Source: Octopus bimaculoides
Lineage: Eukaryota
Length of the DNA: 44,251 nucleotides
Direction of reading: 5' to 3'
Assembly (NCBI RefSeq): GCF_001194135.2
Contig: NC_068983.1
Location: forward strand, 55,032,886-55,077,136
Made by a program: the position numbers and the translations under genes. Of the stretch, positions 1 to 11,488 are shown piece after piece (position 1 is the first letter of the stretch; each line of letters starts with the position of its first letter). The notes beneath the pieces are model-generated. The model saw only the letters and a program-made list of their open reading frames with translations. It made no database searches and was not told the DNA's origin.

Positions 1-87
1 TATATATATATATTGCACCAGAAAAAATTGAATTCAAAACATGAACATATATATATATATTTTTTATTAATATTTAGTATAAACGAC

Positions 88-128
88 ATAGTGACTCAAG
101 TGCTAAGAGTTTCGTGCATTAGCACTAT
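88..128 (-). pseudogene. Hammerhead-like relic lacking the CUGANGA core
   Basis: AUA-GUGC(UAAU)GCAC-GAAACUC(UUAGCACUU)GAGUC/ACUAU; stem II, GAAA, 4-bp stem III and GUC site are intact. Confidence 0.4.
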
Positions 129-197
129 TGTGTGTGTGTGTGTGTGTGCGTGCGTGCGTGTGTATTCATTTTTTTTTTCATTTTGCTTAATCAGTTT

Positions 198-245
198 CTT
201 GTTACTCTGAGTTTCACCTGTAGGAACACAGGATCTTCAGGTAAG
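198..245 (-). ncRNA. Degenerate hammerhead-like motif
   Basis: CUUAC-CUGAAGA-U-CCUGUG(UUCC)UACAGG-U-GAAACU(CAG)AGUA/ACAAG; stem I has two mismatches; an inverted partial copy lies at 435-465. Confidence 0.4.
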
Positions 246-642
246 TTGTGACTGGAAAATTGATTGAGTTTGCACATTTGTATATAGTTTTCTAATCACA
301 GCATGTGATGATGAAGGGAAAGTATAAAAATAGGGAGGGGGTATGGAGGAAAATGTACTTTCTTCTCATTATCACATCTTATCATTAGAAAACTGTACAT
401 GAATGTGCAAACCCAATCAATTTTCCATTCATCACTTGCCTGAAGATCCTGTGTACTTAAAGGTGCCAAGCAGGGTAGAAAGGAACCTCTACCATGGTAT
501 TGAGTATTTTTATTCTAACACTTAATACTAAATAGATATGAATACACTATACCTAAGGAAAAAAACTGGATGGTCATGGCTGGGTTAAGGTTTGAACAAA
601 GATCTTAGAGCCAGTCTGGGGCTGAACAGTAACTTGTCACTT

Positions 643-1110
643 TTAATTCTTTTAGACCTGGGCCACTGTGTCTAAATTTACCCTCCACCTGGACTAAAAA
701 TCAGGAGAATAACAGTAATAAGCCTGTCTCTTTGCTACCATATTTGCTCACCTGAATCTCTACTTTCCTCATCAGTTTCGCCAGTTTGGTTGTCCGAATC
801 ACTCTCGTTGTCAGTGTAAGGGTAAACTCTTCATCCGAAGATTAAATATCAATGATTTCCTCAGCTGCAATGAATCTAGGCATTGGTCATTTATAAGACA
901 AAGTGCTGGGTTCATCACACATTTATTTCATTGCAAAATTAATTTTTTTTCCTAGGAGTGGCTTTGTGGTAAGTAGCTTGCTTACCAACCACATGGTTCT
1001 GGGTTCAGTCCCACTGCGTGGCACCTTGGGCAAGTGTCTTCTACTATAGCCTCGGGCCGACCAAAGCCTTGTGAGTGGATTTGGTAGACGGAAACTGAAA
1101 GAAGCCCGTC

Positions 1111-1150
<40 letters not shown>

Positions 1151-1558
1151 TTGTGTGTCTATGTTTGTCCCCCCAACATCGCTTGACAACCGTTGGTGGT
1201 GTGTTTATGTCCCCGAAACTTAGCGGTTCAGCAAAAGGGACCTATAGAATAAGTACTAGGCTTCCAAAGAATAAGTCCTGGGGTCGACTAAAGGTGGTGC
1301 TCCAGCATGGCCGCAGTCAAATGACTGAAACAAGTAAAAGAGTAATTTAAAACAAGTAAACCACAGCTATGGGGGATACCATTAACAATGAGTCATAAAC
1401 ACTCTTGACTATGAAACAGCAATGTGGTCACTTGTCTAATTTTAGCATTTTATCTTCTTTTTCTATATGTGCTGTTCATTACCATTTCAGTGGGAATTTA
1501 TCAGAGGTGACATTTAAGCTCTTCTCACTACAGTGGAAACACAGCATGACAGGGTTAA
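643..1558 (-). mobile_element. Defective piggyBac-like element with an acidic N-terminal ORF relic, interrupted by a SINE
   Basis: TTAACCCTGT end at 1558, homologous to 42779-42950; degenerate TTAA end at 643; minus-strand relic from 883: MPRFIAAEEIIDI*SSDEEF[fs]TDNESDSDNQTGETDEESRDSGE. Confidence 0.5.
954..1345 (+). mobile_element. SINE family A (tRNA-like head, CORE-like segment, internal (TA)n, 3' module); young copy
   Basis: A/B-box-like head, gcaccttgggcaagtgtc CORE-like motif, tail gactgaaacaagtaaaagag; near-identical to 8680-8848 and 40318-40686. Confidence 0.88.
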
Positions 1559-2005
1559 AGCACTGCCCTTGTATGCTGCAGTGACCGAATTGTCCTCTCT
1601 TTGTGGAAGCACCTGTTTGAATCACATTAGACAGGGTCACTTACAAAGTGTCTTCATTACAAACACAATACAGTCTTGTGTGAGTTTTAAGTTACGAAAT
1701 GTTTCCCCCATTACACTTGTTTAAACTCTAAATGGTAAACTTGATATTATACAGAAACAATGCTTGCATGTTCTACTTGCCAACAAGAATTCATTAATCA
1801 TCATTAACTTACAGAAACAACATCTGTGTATATTAATAGGAGAAAAACAAAGACATGAAAGAAGTCTAATTATTTTGATACTTCACTTTGAGTTATGAGC
1901 CATACACAATTATGCAGGACAGTCTGACCAACCAGATGCATTTTGCTTCATGTTTCAGAAAAACTTCAAGAAACACAATTCTGTGGCAACTGTTTATACA
2001 AATGT

Positions 2006-2180
2006 TTAACCCTTTAACATTTAAACCGGCCATATCCAGCTGAAATATTCGACCTGTTATGTTCAAGCTGGTCAGATCTAGCTTCTCACACCTGCCCAAC
2101 AATGTTAATTAAAAAATATACAGCCGCATAATCGAAATCTCAAGGCTAGAAGATAATGCCAGATTAATTCAAAACGATCA
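2006..2180. mobile_element. piggyBac-like MITE family P2, truncated
   Basis: TTAACCCTTT end; aligns with 4833-4990 and 27502-27733. Confidence 0.75.
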
Positions 2181-2440
2181 TGGCGGCAACGACCGAAACC
2201 TTTGGTATTATGTCGTGCTTGAGAAGAAGCTGAGCAAAATCACAATCATGGCAGATACTGGTGTCACACAAATGGCACCCGTGCCATTGGTACATAAAAG
2301 TACTTAGCACATTCTCAGAGTGGTTGACGTTCAGAAAGGCACCCAGCTTAAGAAAGCCATGCCAAATCAGACTGGCGTTTGATGCAGCCTTTCAGCTTAC
2401 CAGCCCTGGTCAAACCATCCAACCCATGCCAGCATGGTAT
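2180..2440 (+). mobile_element. RTE 3' UTR fragment
   Basis: Similar to 9570-9790 (aggcacccagc...ccaacccatgccagcatgg). Confidence 0.65.
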
Positions 2441-2444
2441 AAAA

Positions 2445-2898
2445 GGTGGGCTGCAGCAAATATTCTGCTCAATACCACAGATTTGCTTGTCGGTTGTTTG
2501 ACCATAATCAGTTAAGCATGTCCCTTAGTGGCTGACGATATGTGCATCTCTGATCACTAGCAGAAATAGTGGGGGAGCGTTATAGCCATATGTTAAGAGG
2601 AATTCTTTGGGGTTTGAATAATTCACCTCTGGAAACATGGGTGTTTCATTCAACATCCTTAAACCATCCTTATTTAGGGACTTATTGAGCAGGATGGGCT
2701 ACTCAATCAGAAAATTCTAACTAGGTCCCACCTGCGAGGTCATACACTGTTTATCTTGATATGGGGTCCTCATGTCGCACATATGGTTGTGATGTATGTG
2801 CCTGATGTACCCTTATCAGACAGTTAGTCATGGGCTTTGTATATGTGTACCCTAGTGTCACTTTGATGGCATTCATTGCTCTCTCACTCAATGATAAT
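2445..2898 (+). mobile_element. Interspersed repeat ending in (AAT)n, probably a LINE 3' end
   Basis: Non-coding, ends ctcactcaatgataataa; recalled as a cephalopod repeat; single copy here. Confidence 0.4.
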
Positions 2899-3232
2899 AA
2901 AGCTAATGTGAAGATCAAATAAATAGTGTGTGTGTTTATTGGCAAAATGACCATCCCCAAATGTAACAATATGGTTTATATAATTTTTAGTTTATTTCCT
3001 GTCCCTCATATTATAATTTGCACATCAGTACATCCTAACTCTCCCATGAAATTGGGAAAATGGTAACAGTATAGAACCTCATTGGGTGGATTGAACCTGT
3101 GGTTCTATGATACTAATAAAAACTGAGAATTGAATTAAAAGTATGAGAGTCAAGGATGTCTGTGGAATATTCAGCCACTTACCTATCAATTTAACTAGTA
3201 GGTGGGTCATTTGATTAAATAACTGAAATTCT

Positions 3233-3537
3233 AGGTGTGGCTGTGGTAAGTTTGCTTCCCAACCACATGGTTCCAGGTTCAGTCCCACTACATGGCATCT
3301 TGGGCAAGTGTCTTCTACTCTCGCTGTGAGCTGACCAAAGCCTTGTGAGTGGATTCAGTAGATGGAAACTGAAAGAAGCCCTTCATTTATATATATATAT
3401 ATATTTATCTATGTACGTGTGTCATTGTGTCTGTTTGTCCCTCATCACCACTTGGCAACCAATGTTGGTGTGTTTACCTCCCTGTAACTTTACAGTTTGG
3501 CAAAAGAGTTCGATAGAATATGTACCAGGTTTAAATG

Positions 3538-3588
<51 letters not shown>

Positions 3589-3690
3589 GACAAGTACTAG
3601 GGCTGATTCATTCAGCTAAAAGTTATTCAAAGCAGTGCCCCAGCTTGGCCACACTTTCATCACCTACACAAGTAAAAGATAACAGATAAA
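3233..3690 (+). mobile_element. SINE family A with extra internal (AAT)n
   Basis: Aligns with 954-1345. Confidence 0.8.
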
Positions 3691-3814
3691 AAAATGGACA
3701 GAACAGGTTTTCATTTTGGTTTGCATGAAGTTTATTCACTCAGCCGTGACGTTGTCTTTAGAGTCAGTTATTTTTTGCCGGTATTGTTATTTCACCATTG
3801 TCATCTTCCCCTTC

Positions 3815-4235
3815 GTCATCATCACCACTGTCATCATCACTATGGCTAACAGGTGGCTTCATCATCATCATCATCACCACCACCACCACCATCACCTCTA
3901 TGATCATCATCATCATCTCTACCATCATCACCACCACCACCTCTACCATCGTCATCATCATCACTACCTCCACCATCACCTCTACCATCATCATCATCAT
4001 CACCACCAACATCTCTACCATGATCATCACCATCATCTCAACCATCATCATCATCATAACCATCAGCATCATCACCATCATCATCATCATCACCACCATC
4101 ATCATCACCACCACCTCTACCATCATCATCATCTCTACCACCATCATCATCATCACCACCACCACCTCTACCAACAGTGCAGCACTATCATCATCACCAC
4201 CACCATAGTCGTCATCATCATCATGATCATCATCA
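3815..4235. repeat. (CAT/CAC)n microsatellite with CTCTAC interruptions
   Basis: Seen directly; source of the poly-His, poly-Met and poly-Ile ORFs. Confidence 0.95.
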
Positions 4236-4832
4236 AGTCTATCGTTGCACCCTCACAGCCATTAGTGCTGTCTGCCTGTCACATCTTGTTAATAACACCC
4301 CAGCAATGAATCATATATCTGTGTAATTAATACCGATATGATTATAGTCATTGATACCTAACCGAACTGAAACAATAAGGAATACATGGTATGACGATGA
4401 TGAAGATGATGATGATGATGATAGTGATCAGCAAGGCGGTGTTATGACATTAGGTTCTGTTGTTGTTTAAGCTCCCAGCCAGAAATATGATTGAATGCAT
4501 TCCAGCCATGACATCCTATCCTTTTATCTCCTAGACTCAGCTCATCCACAAACTCTTAAATGTTCTTTTGTAAAGCAATAAAACATGTGATATAGGGTAC
4601 AGATAAAGTTGCATCTAATGACGTAACGTAATAGGCATATAAAATAAGTGCTCGGGCTGGTTTACTACTTAAAACTCCAACTTGAACTGCAACTAATACC
4701 AAAAAGTGGTGTTGTAGCTGTCTAGCAATGGATGGCTATGAGATGGTTATCAGTGAGTGGGTATATGTATCGTAGAAAGAAAGAACGAGCAGACAAACAG
4801 TTGGTATCAGTTTAAAGCATGGAATTTATAAT

Positions 4833-5542
4833 TTAACCCTTTAGTGTTTAAACTGACCATATCCAGCCCAGATATTCTACATGTTTTATATTTGAACTAG
4901 CCATATCTAGCCCCTCACCTAACCTGTATTGACATTTTGAAAATAAACAATCACATCATTGAAATCTCAAAGCTGTAAATTAATGCATGATTAACCCTTT
5001 TGTTACTGTATTTATTTTGAGATGTTCTGTGTTTCTTTCAATTACTTTAAATATAACAAAGAATTTAGTAAAATAACTTAGTTATCATTAAGCTAGTGTT
5101 AGGAACATAAATTGTGACTAAGGTTTAGTGGAAGATTTTAATTCAGAACTTATAAAAACAAGACATTTGTACTACACAGACAGAGGTGGTTTCAGGCGAG
5201 TTGGTATCGAAAGGGTTAAGGCCCACCTTATTCTCTCTTTCTCCAACTTTGACCCTTTTGTTGCCATATTTTTGTTGAGATGTTCTGTATTTCTTCCAGT
5301 TAATTTTAAATATAACAAAGAATTTAGTAAAATAACATAGTTATCATTAAACTAGTGTTAGGAATATAAATTGTGACTAAGGTTTGATGGAAGATTTAAA
5401 TTCAAAACTTATGAAAACCAGACATTTGTACTACAGAGCCAGAGCTGGTTTCAGCCGGATTGGTATCAAAAGGGTTAATTCAAAACAATTTGAGTGAAAA
5501 AGTATTACATTTGACAGAGTAATCTGAATGCTAAAGGGTTAA
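4833..5542. mobile_element. piggyBac-like MITE P2 containing a nested cassette
   Basis: TTAACCCTTTAG...CTAAAGGGTTAA termini; interrupted at an internal TTAA. Confidence 0.85.
4991..5478. mobile_element. Composite of two P3 MITEs (4991-5219 and 5249-5478) with a 29-nt spacer
   Basis: TTAACCCTTT/AAAGGGTTAA termini; TTAA duplicated at both outer ends; inner left end reads TTGA. Confidence 0.85.
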
Positions 5543-5708
5543 ACACAATTGTAACATAATTGTAAGGTTGTTACAATTAAGTTGTTGGAGCTGAATGTAT
5601 TATACAAAGAAGGGAGTAAGAAGGTGTGCAGATAATCTCTTACAGCTGTTTCTAGAACACCTGTATATATGGTACATTTCTCAGCAAAGATAAGCTTTCT
5701 ATATAATA

Positions 5709-6129
5709 GGCACAGGAGTGGCTGTGTGTTAAGTAGTTTGCTTACCAACCAGATGGTTCTGGGTTCAGTCCCACTGCATGGCACCTTGGACAAGTGTCTT
5801 TTACTATAGTCTCGGGTCAACCAAAGCCTTGTGAGTGGATTTGGTAGACAGAAACTGAAAGAAGCCTGTCGTATATATGTATATATATGTATGTATGTAC
5901 ATGTGTGTGTGTATATGTTGGTGTTTCTGTTTTTATCCCCCTCAACATCACTTGAAAACCGATGCTGGTGTGTTTACATCCCTGTAAGTTAGCAGTTCGG
6001 CAAAAGAGACCGATAGAATAAGTACTAGGCTTACAAAGAATAAGCCCTGGGCTTAATTTGCTCAACTAAAGGTGGTGCTCCAGCATGGCTGCAGTCAAAT
6101 GACTGAAGCAAATAAAAGAAATAAAGAAT
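5709..6129 (+). mobile_element. SINE family A, full length
   Basis: Aligns with 954-1345. Confidence 0.88.
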
Positions 6130-6428
6130 AGTCCATCTCCAGAGAGGAAGAATTGAGGAAGATCCTTAATAGAAGATATTGGTAATTACCAATTCCATCG
6201 TCAAAGAGGGTTACTAGTTCCAAGATCTTCCAAGTATAAGTGGGTAAGTGGTGGAGCATTTGATAAGATTGTTTGGAGAGCAGACAATAAGGGGAATGAG
6301 GAGGCGCACTGCAACAATAAAAATTAAGCAGGGCTGAAGGTGCATGACCAATGGGTCATCTGTGTCTAAAATGATTTTAAATCTACAATTTTATCTTTTT
6401 GTTTTTTATCTTTTATTATTTTCTCCAG

Positions 6429-6516
6429 AGCCATGACGCCTTTGGCCCAGCTCTATTCTACCTCTACATTAGAACATCATCATTTTGACCAGTGTATTAT
6501 GATTCTAAACACAAAG
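6429..6516 (+). CDS. PDE5/PDE11-family phosphodiesterase, catalytic-domain exon (first visible): (x)[29 protein letters not shown]
   Basis: ttctccAG acceptor at 6427-28 and GTaaat donor at 6517; 88 nt, starts in phase 2; matches the PDE5/11 motif PLAQLY...[12 protein letters not shown]. Confidence 0.95.
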
Positions 6517-7404
6517 GTAAATGGTTCTTCCTTTCTTTCATTAATTCTTATTGATTTCTGTTTTTTCCAGTAAATTTTTAGTTGTGGCTGTTGTAGTGAT
6601 GTGGGCGAGGGTGTCTGGAAATTTGTGTGTCTGTGTGTGTATTACTACGTCCTTGTTTTGACATTGTGTATTAGTTGTAAGCGAGTGTCACTGTTATACA
6701 AGCAGTGTCCTTTATTTCTAATCTTCTTTGACAACATGTTTGGACATGGGGACTGTTACCTTGCTTGGAAACAGGTGAGGGTTGGTGACAGGAAGAGCAT
6801 TTGGCAGTAAAAAAGAAAAAAGAAAAATCTGTCTCCATAAGTACCATTCAGCTCATGCAAATGTGGAAGAGTGCATGTTAACACAATTAAGATTATGATG
6901 GTAAACTCTCTGCAGTTGATGACTTCATCATCAAAATACTTACATTTTCAAGATGGAATGAAAATATTACATTACATCTTCAAGTGAAGAACATTTCAAT
7001 TGCTATTGACAGATCTACAAGATATCCACTACTTGAAGATGTGTAATAAAATGATGACTTGTATGTGTCTGTAAAAGGGTGTGAGTGGAGAGAGACAGAG
7101 GGAGGGAGAGAGAGAGAGAGAGAAAGAGAGAGAAAGAGAGGTGGTCTTGGCATTTTGTAGGTACTCAATGAGTAACATTTACAAAGTAGGTCAGGTGGGG
7201 AATATTCTCATCAAACAAAGTCTAGACACAGTTTCAGTTCATGATTGCAGCTCTTTAAACTAAATTTACACCACTTACTGGCATGAACAACACTGAATCT
7301 TATTTCTGCAGTGAAATAAGTAAGGCCGAGCCACTAATGGACAGTTGTACTCAGGGAAGATGGTGTGGTTCCCTTTCTTTCCATCCGTCTTTCATTCTTA
7401 CCTG

Positions 7405-7790
7405 ACTGTGTGGTTGAGAAACTTGCTTTTCAATCATGTGGTTTTGAGTTCAGTCCCAATGTGTGGCACTTTGGCAAGTGTCTTCTACTATTGCCTTGGG
7501 ACTGACCAAATCCTTGTAAATGGATCTGGAAGAGACTGTTGCTTGTACGTGTGTGTGCATGTGTGTGTGTGTATCTTTCTCTTGGCATCATGTAATGTTT
7601 GTAAACAAGTATCATCGTCGTAAAAGTAGTGTTGTTCATTTCTAGTTTTCCTTGAAAGGCCTATCTGGCTGTGGGGAAATATTTCCTTGCTTGGAAACAG
7701 GTAAGGTTTGGCAACAGGAGGGGCACCTGGCTGGAGAAAATCTGCCTCAATGAATTTGGTCTCTTCCATGTGGTTATGGAAAAGTGAATG
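7405..7790 (+). mobile_element. SINE A-type head joined to a different 3' module
   Basis: The 3' part matches 6620-6870 and the reverse complements of 10840-10970 and 17885-18140. Confidence 0.65.
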
Positions 7791-8268
7791 TTTGATGATG
7801 ATGCTAGCAATGGCAGCTGGTGGTGGTGGTGGTGGTGGCAGCAGCAGCAGCAGTGTAGGCTCAATATTTTGTATTTTCTGCTAATATGTCCTAATTTCCA
7901 GCAGGATATTGAAGAGATTAAACTGGGGATTTTTTTTCCAATTCCATCATTTTCTAGAATAGAGTGACTTCTTAATTGTTTCATGTCAACACACGAGAGA
8001 ACTTGACATGTAGTACTGCAAACTAACAACATACTTAACTAGACAATATACAAAATACGTAGCGACAAATTATATGGTTAAGTATTTTCTTAGCTCACAG
8101 TGCATCTTGATGTGGACGGATAGAGGAGGGAGAGGAGTAGCAAGATGTGGGTGGTAGAGGCAGAGGTTGTGATTAAAGATGGACAGAGCTAATGTTTTAG
8201 TGGGGTTTTTTTTCCCTCTCATTTTACAAGTGGCAGGGTTTGGGAATAGGAATAAGTATGGCATAGTT

Positions 8269-8345
8269 CAGTGGTTCTCAACCATTTTTTTTACCTCTGG
8301 ATCCCTTTAATTTCTATTTCACTCAGTTGGACCCTCGTAACCATT
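8269..8345. mobile_element. hAT-like MITE left-end fragment
   Basis: CAGTGGTTCTCAACC start. Confidence 0.4.
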
Positions 8346-8379
8346 TGATGTTTACAGAAAATCCTGTTATATTTCTCAT

Positions 8380-8630
8380 CATCATCATCAAACATCCGTT
8401 TTCCGTCCTGTCATGGGTTGGACAGTTTGACTGAGAACTGGTAAGCTGGAGAGCTGCACCTGGTTCCAGTCTTATTCGGCATGGTTTTCCATAGTTGGAT
8501 GCCCTTCCTAATGCCAACCACTCCAAGAGTGTAATGGATGCTTTTTATGTTACACTGGCATGGGTACCAGTTATGCAACACTGGCATCGACCATAACTAC
8601 AGTCTCACTTGGCTTGACAGGTATATCGCC
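8380..8630 (-). mobile_element. RTE 3' end copy
   Basis: (CAT)n followed by the reverse complement of the RTE tail. Confidence 0.8.
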
Positions 8631-8679
8631 AAAAGTCTCAGTCATTTTGATACCACCTTGGGTGTGTGTGTATATACAT

Positions 8680-8848
8680 ATATACGACGGGTTTCTTTCA
8701 GTTTCCATCTACCAAATCCACTCACAAGGCTTTGGTCGGCCCGAAGCTATAGTAGAAGACACTTGCCCAAGGTGCCACGCAGTGGGACTGAACCCGGAAC
8801 CATGTGGTTGGTAAGCAAGCTACTTACCACACAGCCACTCCTACGCCT
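8680..8848 (-). mobile_element. SINE family A, head half only
   Basis: Near-identical to the reverse complement of 954-1110; stops at (TA). Confidence 0.88.
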
Positions 8849-9289
8849 ATATATAACTATGTATGAAAAAAACCCACTATATGTAAAATATGTGTGTGTG
8901 CATGTGAGAGTGTTCTGATGATGACTAGAAACATGTGTCCATGGCTGTCCTCTTATTTTCAGACAGTAAACATGTTCTTTTGCCTAATGGCATATCAGTT
9001 TTGGAGAGAATCTCGAATCTAGAGATTATCTACCATTCTGAGGTGCAGCTGTTCATAATTGGCATTTAGTAATTATGACAAATTCTCTGGAGGCAGAGTT
9101 AATTTTAATAAATGAAGAATTTTTGTTGTATGCTGTTTGACATACCATTATTTGTCTATGTTGTTCAAATATACGCCACTGGCCACTCTGGATTATTTTT
9201 GTTAGCTCACTTTTGATTGTGCATGTGTTTGTGTATGCAAATATACATATCTACATATATTTGTGTGTCTTTATGCCAATATACATATC

Positions 9290-9820
9290 TGCATGGGATG
9301 AGGTGGTGAAGCATGACCTTCGAACGTCAGGCCTCACAGAGGCAATGACAAAAGACCGTGACCTCTGGAGATATGCTGTAACTGAGAAGACCCAGCAAAT
9401 AAAGTGAGTTCACAGCTGTAACCTACACCAGCATCGCATAACCAGCCCACTCAAAAGTTCCTTGGATTGTAGAGCGACATGCTGTGCTTGAAGAGACCTA
9501 TTGAGTCAAGTACATCAAAATCAATATCAAATCAAATTACAATCAAATGGAAATTGTAGTTGTGACCCTCGTACCGGTGGCATGTAAAAAGCACCATCTG
9601 ATCGTGGTTGATGCCAGCTCCTCTGGCCCCTGTGCTGGTGGCACGTATAAAGCACCCACTACACTAGTGGTTCACATTAGGAAGGGCATCCAGCCATAGA
9701 AACACTGCCAAATCAGATTGGGGCCTGGCGCAGCCTCCTGGATTCACAGACCCTATTCGAACCGTCCAACCCATGCCAGCATGGAAAACGGATGTTAAAC
9801 GATGATGATGATAATGATGA
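9290..9820 (+). mobile_element. 5'-truncated RTE-clade LINE: ORF C-terminus WDEVVKHDLRTSGLTEAMTKDRDLWRYAV, 3' UTR and (GAT)n tail
   Basis: W.EVV..D....L....T.DR..WR pattern typical of RTE ORF ends; the UTR matches many dispersed copies in the window. Confidence 0.8.
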
Positions 9821-10292
9821 TGTGTGCACATGTGCACTAGTGTGTCTGTGATAGTTTTCTTCTGCAAACTTAAGTGGATTTGTATCAAAGAATGATGGTG
9901 ATATCCTTCTAAGTTTTTCCTGTGAACAAACCATCCAGGTGCTTCTTCCTTTTAAGATTGTGTGAATTAAGTGATCCCTTACTTGTAAAACAGATAAGGG
10001 TTGGCGCCAGGGGTTGGCTACCTGGCTAAAAAACAGTGTCACAAATTATTATATTCAAACAACCCATGCTAGCTTAGAGAAAAGTGTTACAAAACAAATG
10101 AATAAATGTGTGTGTGTAAACATAAATACATACATATATATATGTATGTTTCTGTGTGTATTTGTGTACATATATGTATACGATTCACCCATACACACAC
10201 ATATATATATCTTAAATATTTTTAGAGATAAAATACATGCCAGCAATTTTTTTCTTTTTTTTTTTTTTTTTTTTTTGCTAATTTCATTATGC

Positions 10293-10330
<38 letters not shown>

Positions 10331-10415
10331 CTGTGTGTGTGTGTCTATATATATATCTGTGCGTGTGTGTGCATCTGTATACATATGTATATATATATAT
10401 ATATATGTATATGTA

Positions 10416-10456
<41 letters not shown>

Positions 10457-10976
10457 TTTTATTTTTTTAGAAAGTAGGATTATTCAAAATGTTTCCTTCC
10501 CAGCTCTTCGTCAATTGATAATTAGATCAGATAAAAATATAGAGTAAGCCGCAGCTGCAGGTTGATGTTGGATCTGAGTTAATCTCCTGTTTATTCCTTA
10601 ATTCAATGCTTACATCTGTTGTGATAGTAATTGCTCCAGCATTGATTTCACAACCAATGAACAATACGCTGCATCAGAGAAAGAGAGAGAGGAGGAGACA
10701 AATGAAATGATGAATTTTCAAAAAAATATCTAGACTATTCAGGTGTATTTTTTAAAGTTTTTTCTTTTTGTTTTTGAAAGGAAAACATTTTGCTAATCTC
10801 CCATCATCTTCATCATCACCATCACCACTATCATCATCATAACCAACACCCACGTCTACTTTTCCATGCTTGCATGGCTCAGATGGAATTTATTGAGGTA
10901 GATTTTTCTATTGCTGGGTACCCCTCCTGTCACCAACCTTCACCTCTTTCCAGACAAGGTAATATTTCCTTTGTGA

Positions 10977-11118
10977 AGGTGCATGGCTCAGTGGTTAAAG
11001 CATCGGACTCACAATCATGAGGTAGTGAGTTCAATTCCCAGACTGGGCTGTGTGTTGTGTTCTTGAGCAAGACCCTTTATTTTCATGTTGCTCCAGTTCA
11101 GTCATCTGTAGAAATGAG

Positions 11119-11155
<37 letters not shown>

Positions 11156-11365
11156 CGTTTGTCACCTACTACTTCGCCATCAGTGTTGGTTTGTTTATGT
11201 CTCCATATTGTAGCAGTTCGGCAACAAAGACCGATAGAATAAATATAGAACTTACAGAAATGTAAATACTGGGGTTAATTTGTTCAAATAAAACTCACTT
11301 CAAGGCAGTGCCCCAAGATGGCCATTGTCCATTGAATGAAACAAGTAAAAAATAATAGATAAAAG
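10977..11365 (+). mobile_element. Chimeric SINE: family B head, (GT)n, family A 3' module
   Basis: tggctcagtgg A box, gagttcaattcc B box, cttgagcaaga CORE-like motif, A-type tail. Confidence 0.75.
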
Positions 11366-11488
11366 ATGCAAAAACAATTATCAGAAATACTGAGGCTCTG
11401 ATCTGAACACTGTACGACAGGAAATTAACAAAAGCAACAACAACATTCCATCATACCCTTGTTGTAGAATGTGGAAAGTATTCCAAAT

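Noticed and set aside
212-246. Perfect CAG|GTAAGT donor suggesting a PDE micro-exon
   Set aside because: No candidate acceptor gives a recognisable PDE peptide (only a 9-nt option keeps frame), and the site is explained by an inverted-repeat motif. The HDLDHRG exon was not found in 1-6428.
1314-1345. AGTC(AAAT)GACT-GAAAC-AA-GTA at the SINE A tail, resembling half a hammerhead
   Set aside because: No CUGANGA core upstream in any copy examined; more likely the 3' stem-loop recognised by the partner reverse transcriptase.
3716-4309. Long His-rich, Met/Val-rich and Ile/Thr-rich ORFs
   Set aside because: Open in several frames on both strands because the (CAT/CAC)n repeat lacks stops; no splice or domain support.
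6140-6365. Possible LINE endonuclease relic on the minus strand (FIVAVR...PLILG)
   Set aside because: Similarity is too weak to support without a profile search.
8915-8940. CTGATGA-tgacta-GAAACATGT hammerhead-like string
   Set aside because: No real stem II, G at the cleavage position and no stem I pairing; at most a deleted relic.
9880-9975. NDGDILLSFSCEQTIQVL as a possible duplicate of the GNDILS exon
   Set aside because: Weak similarity, no ATD motif, no matching splice sites.
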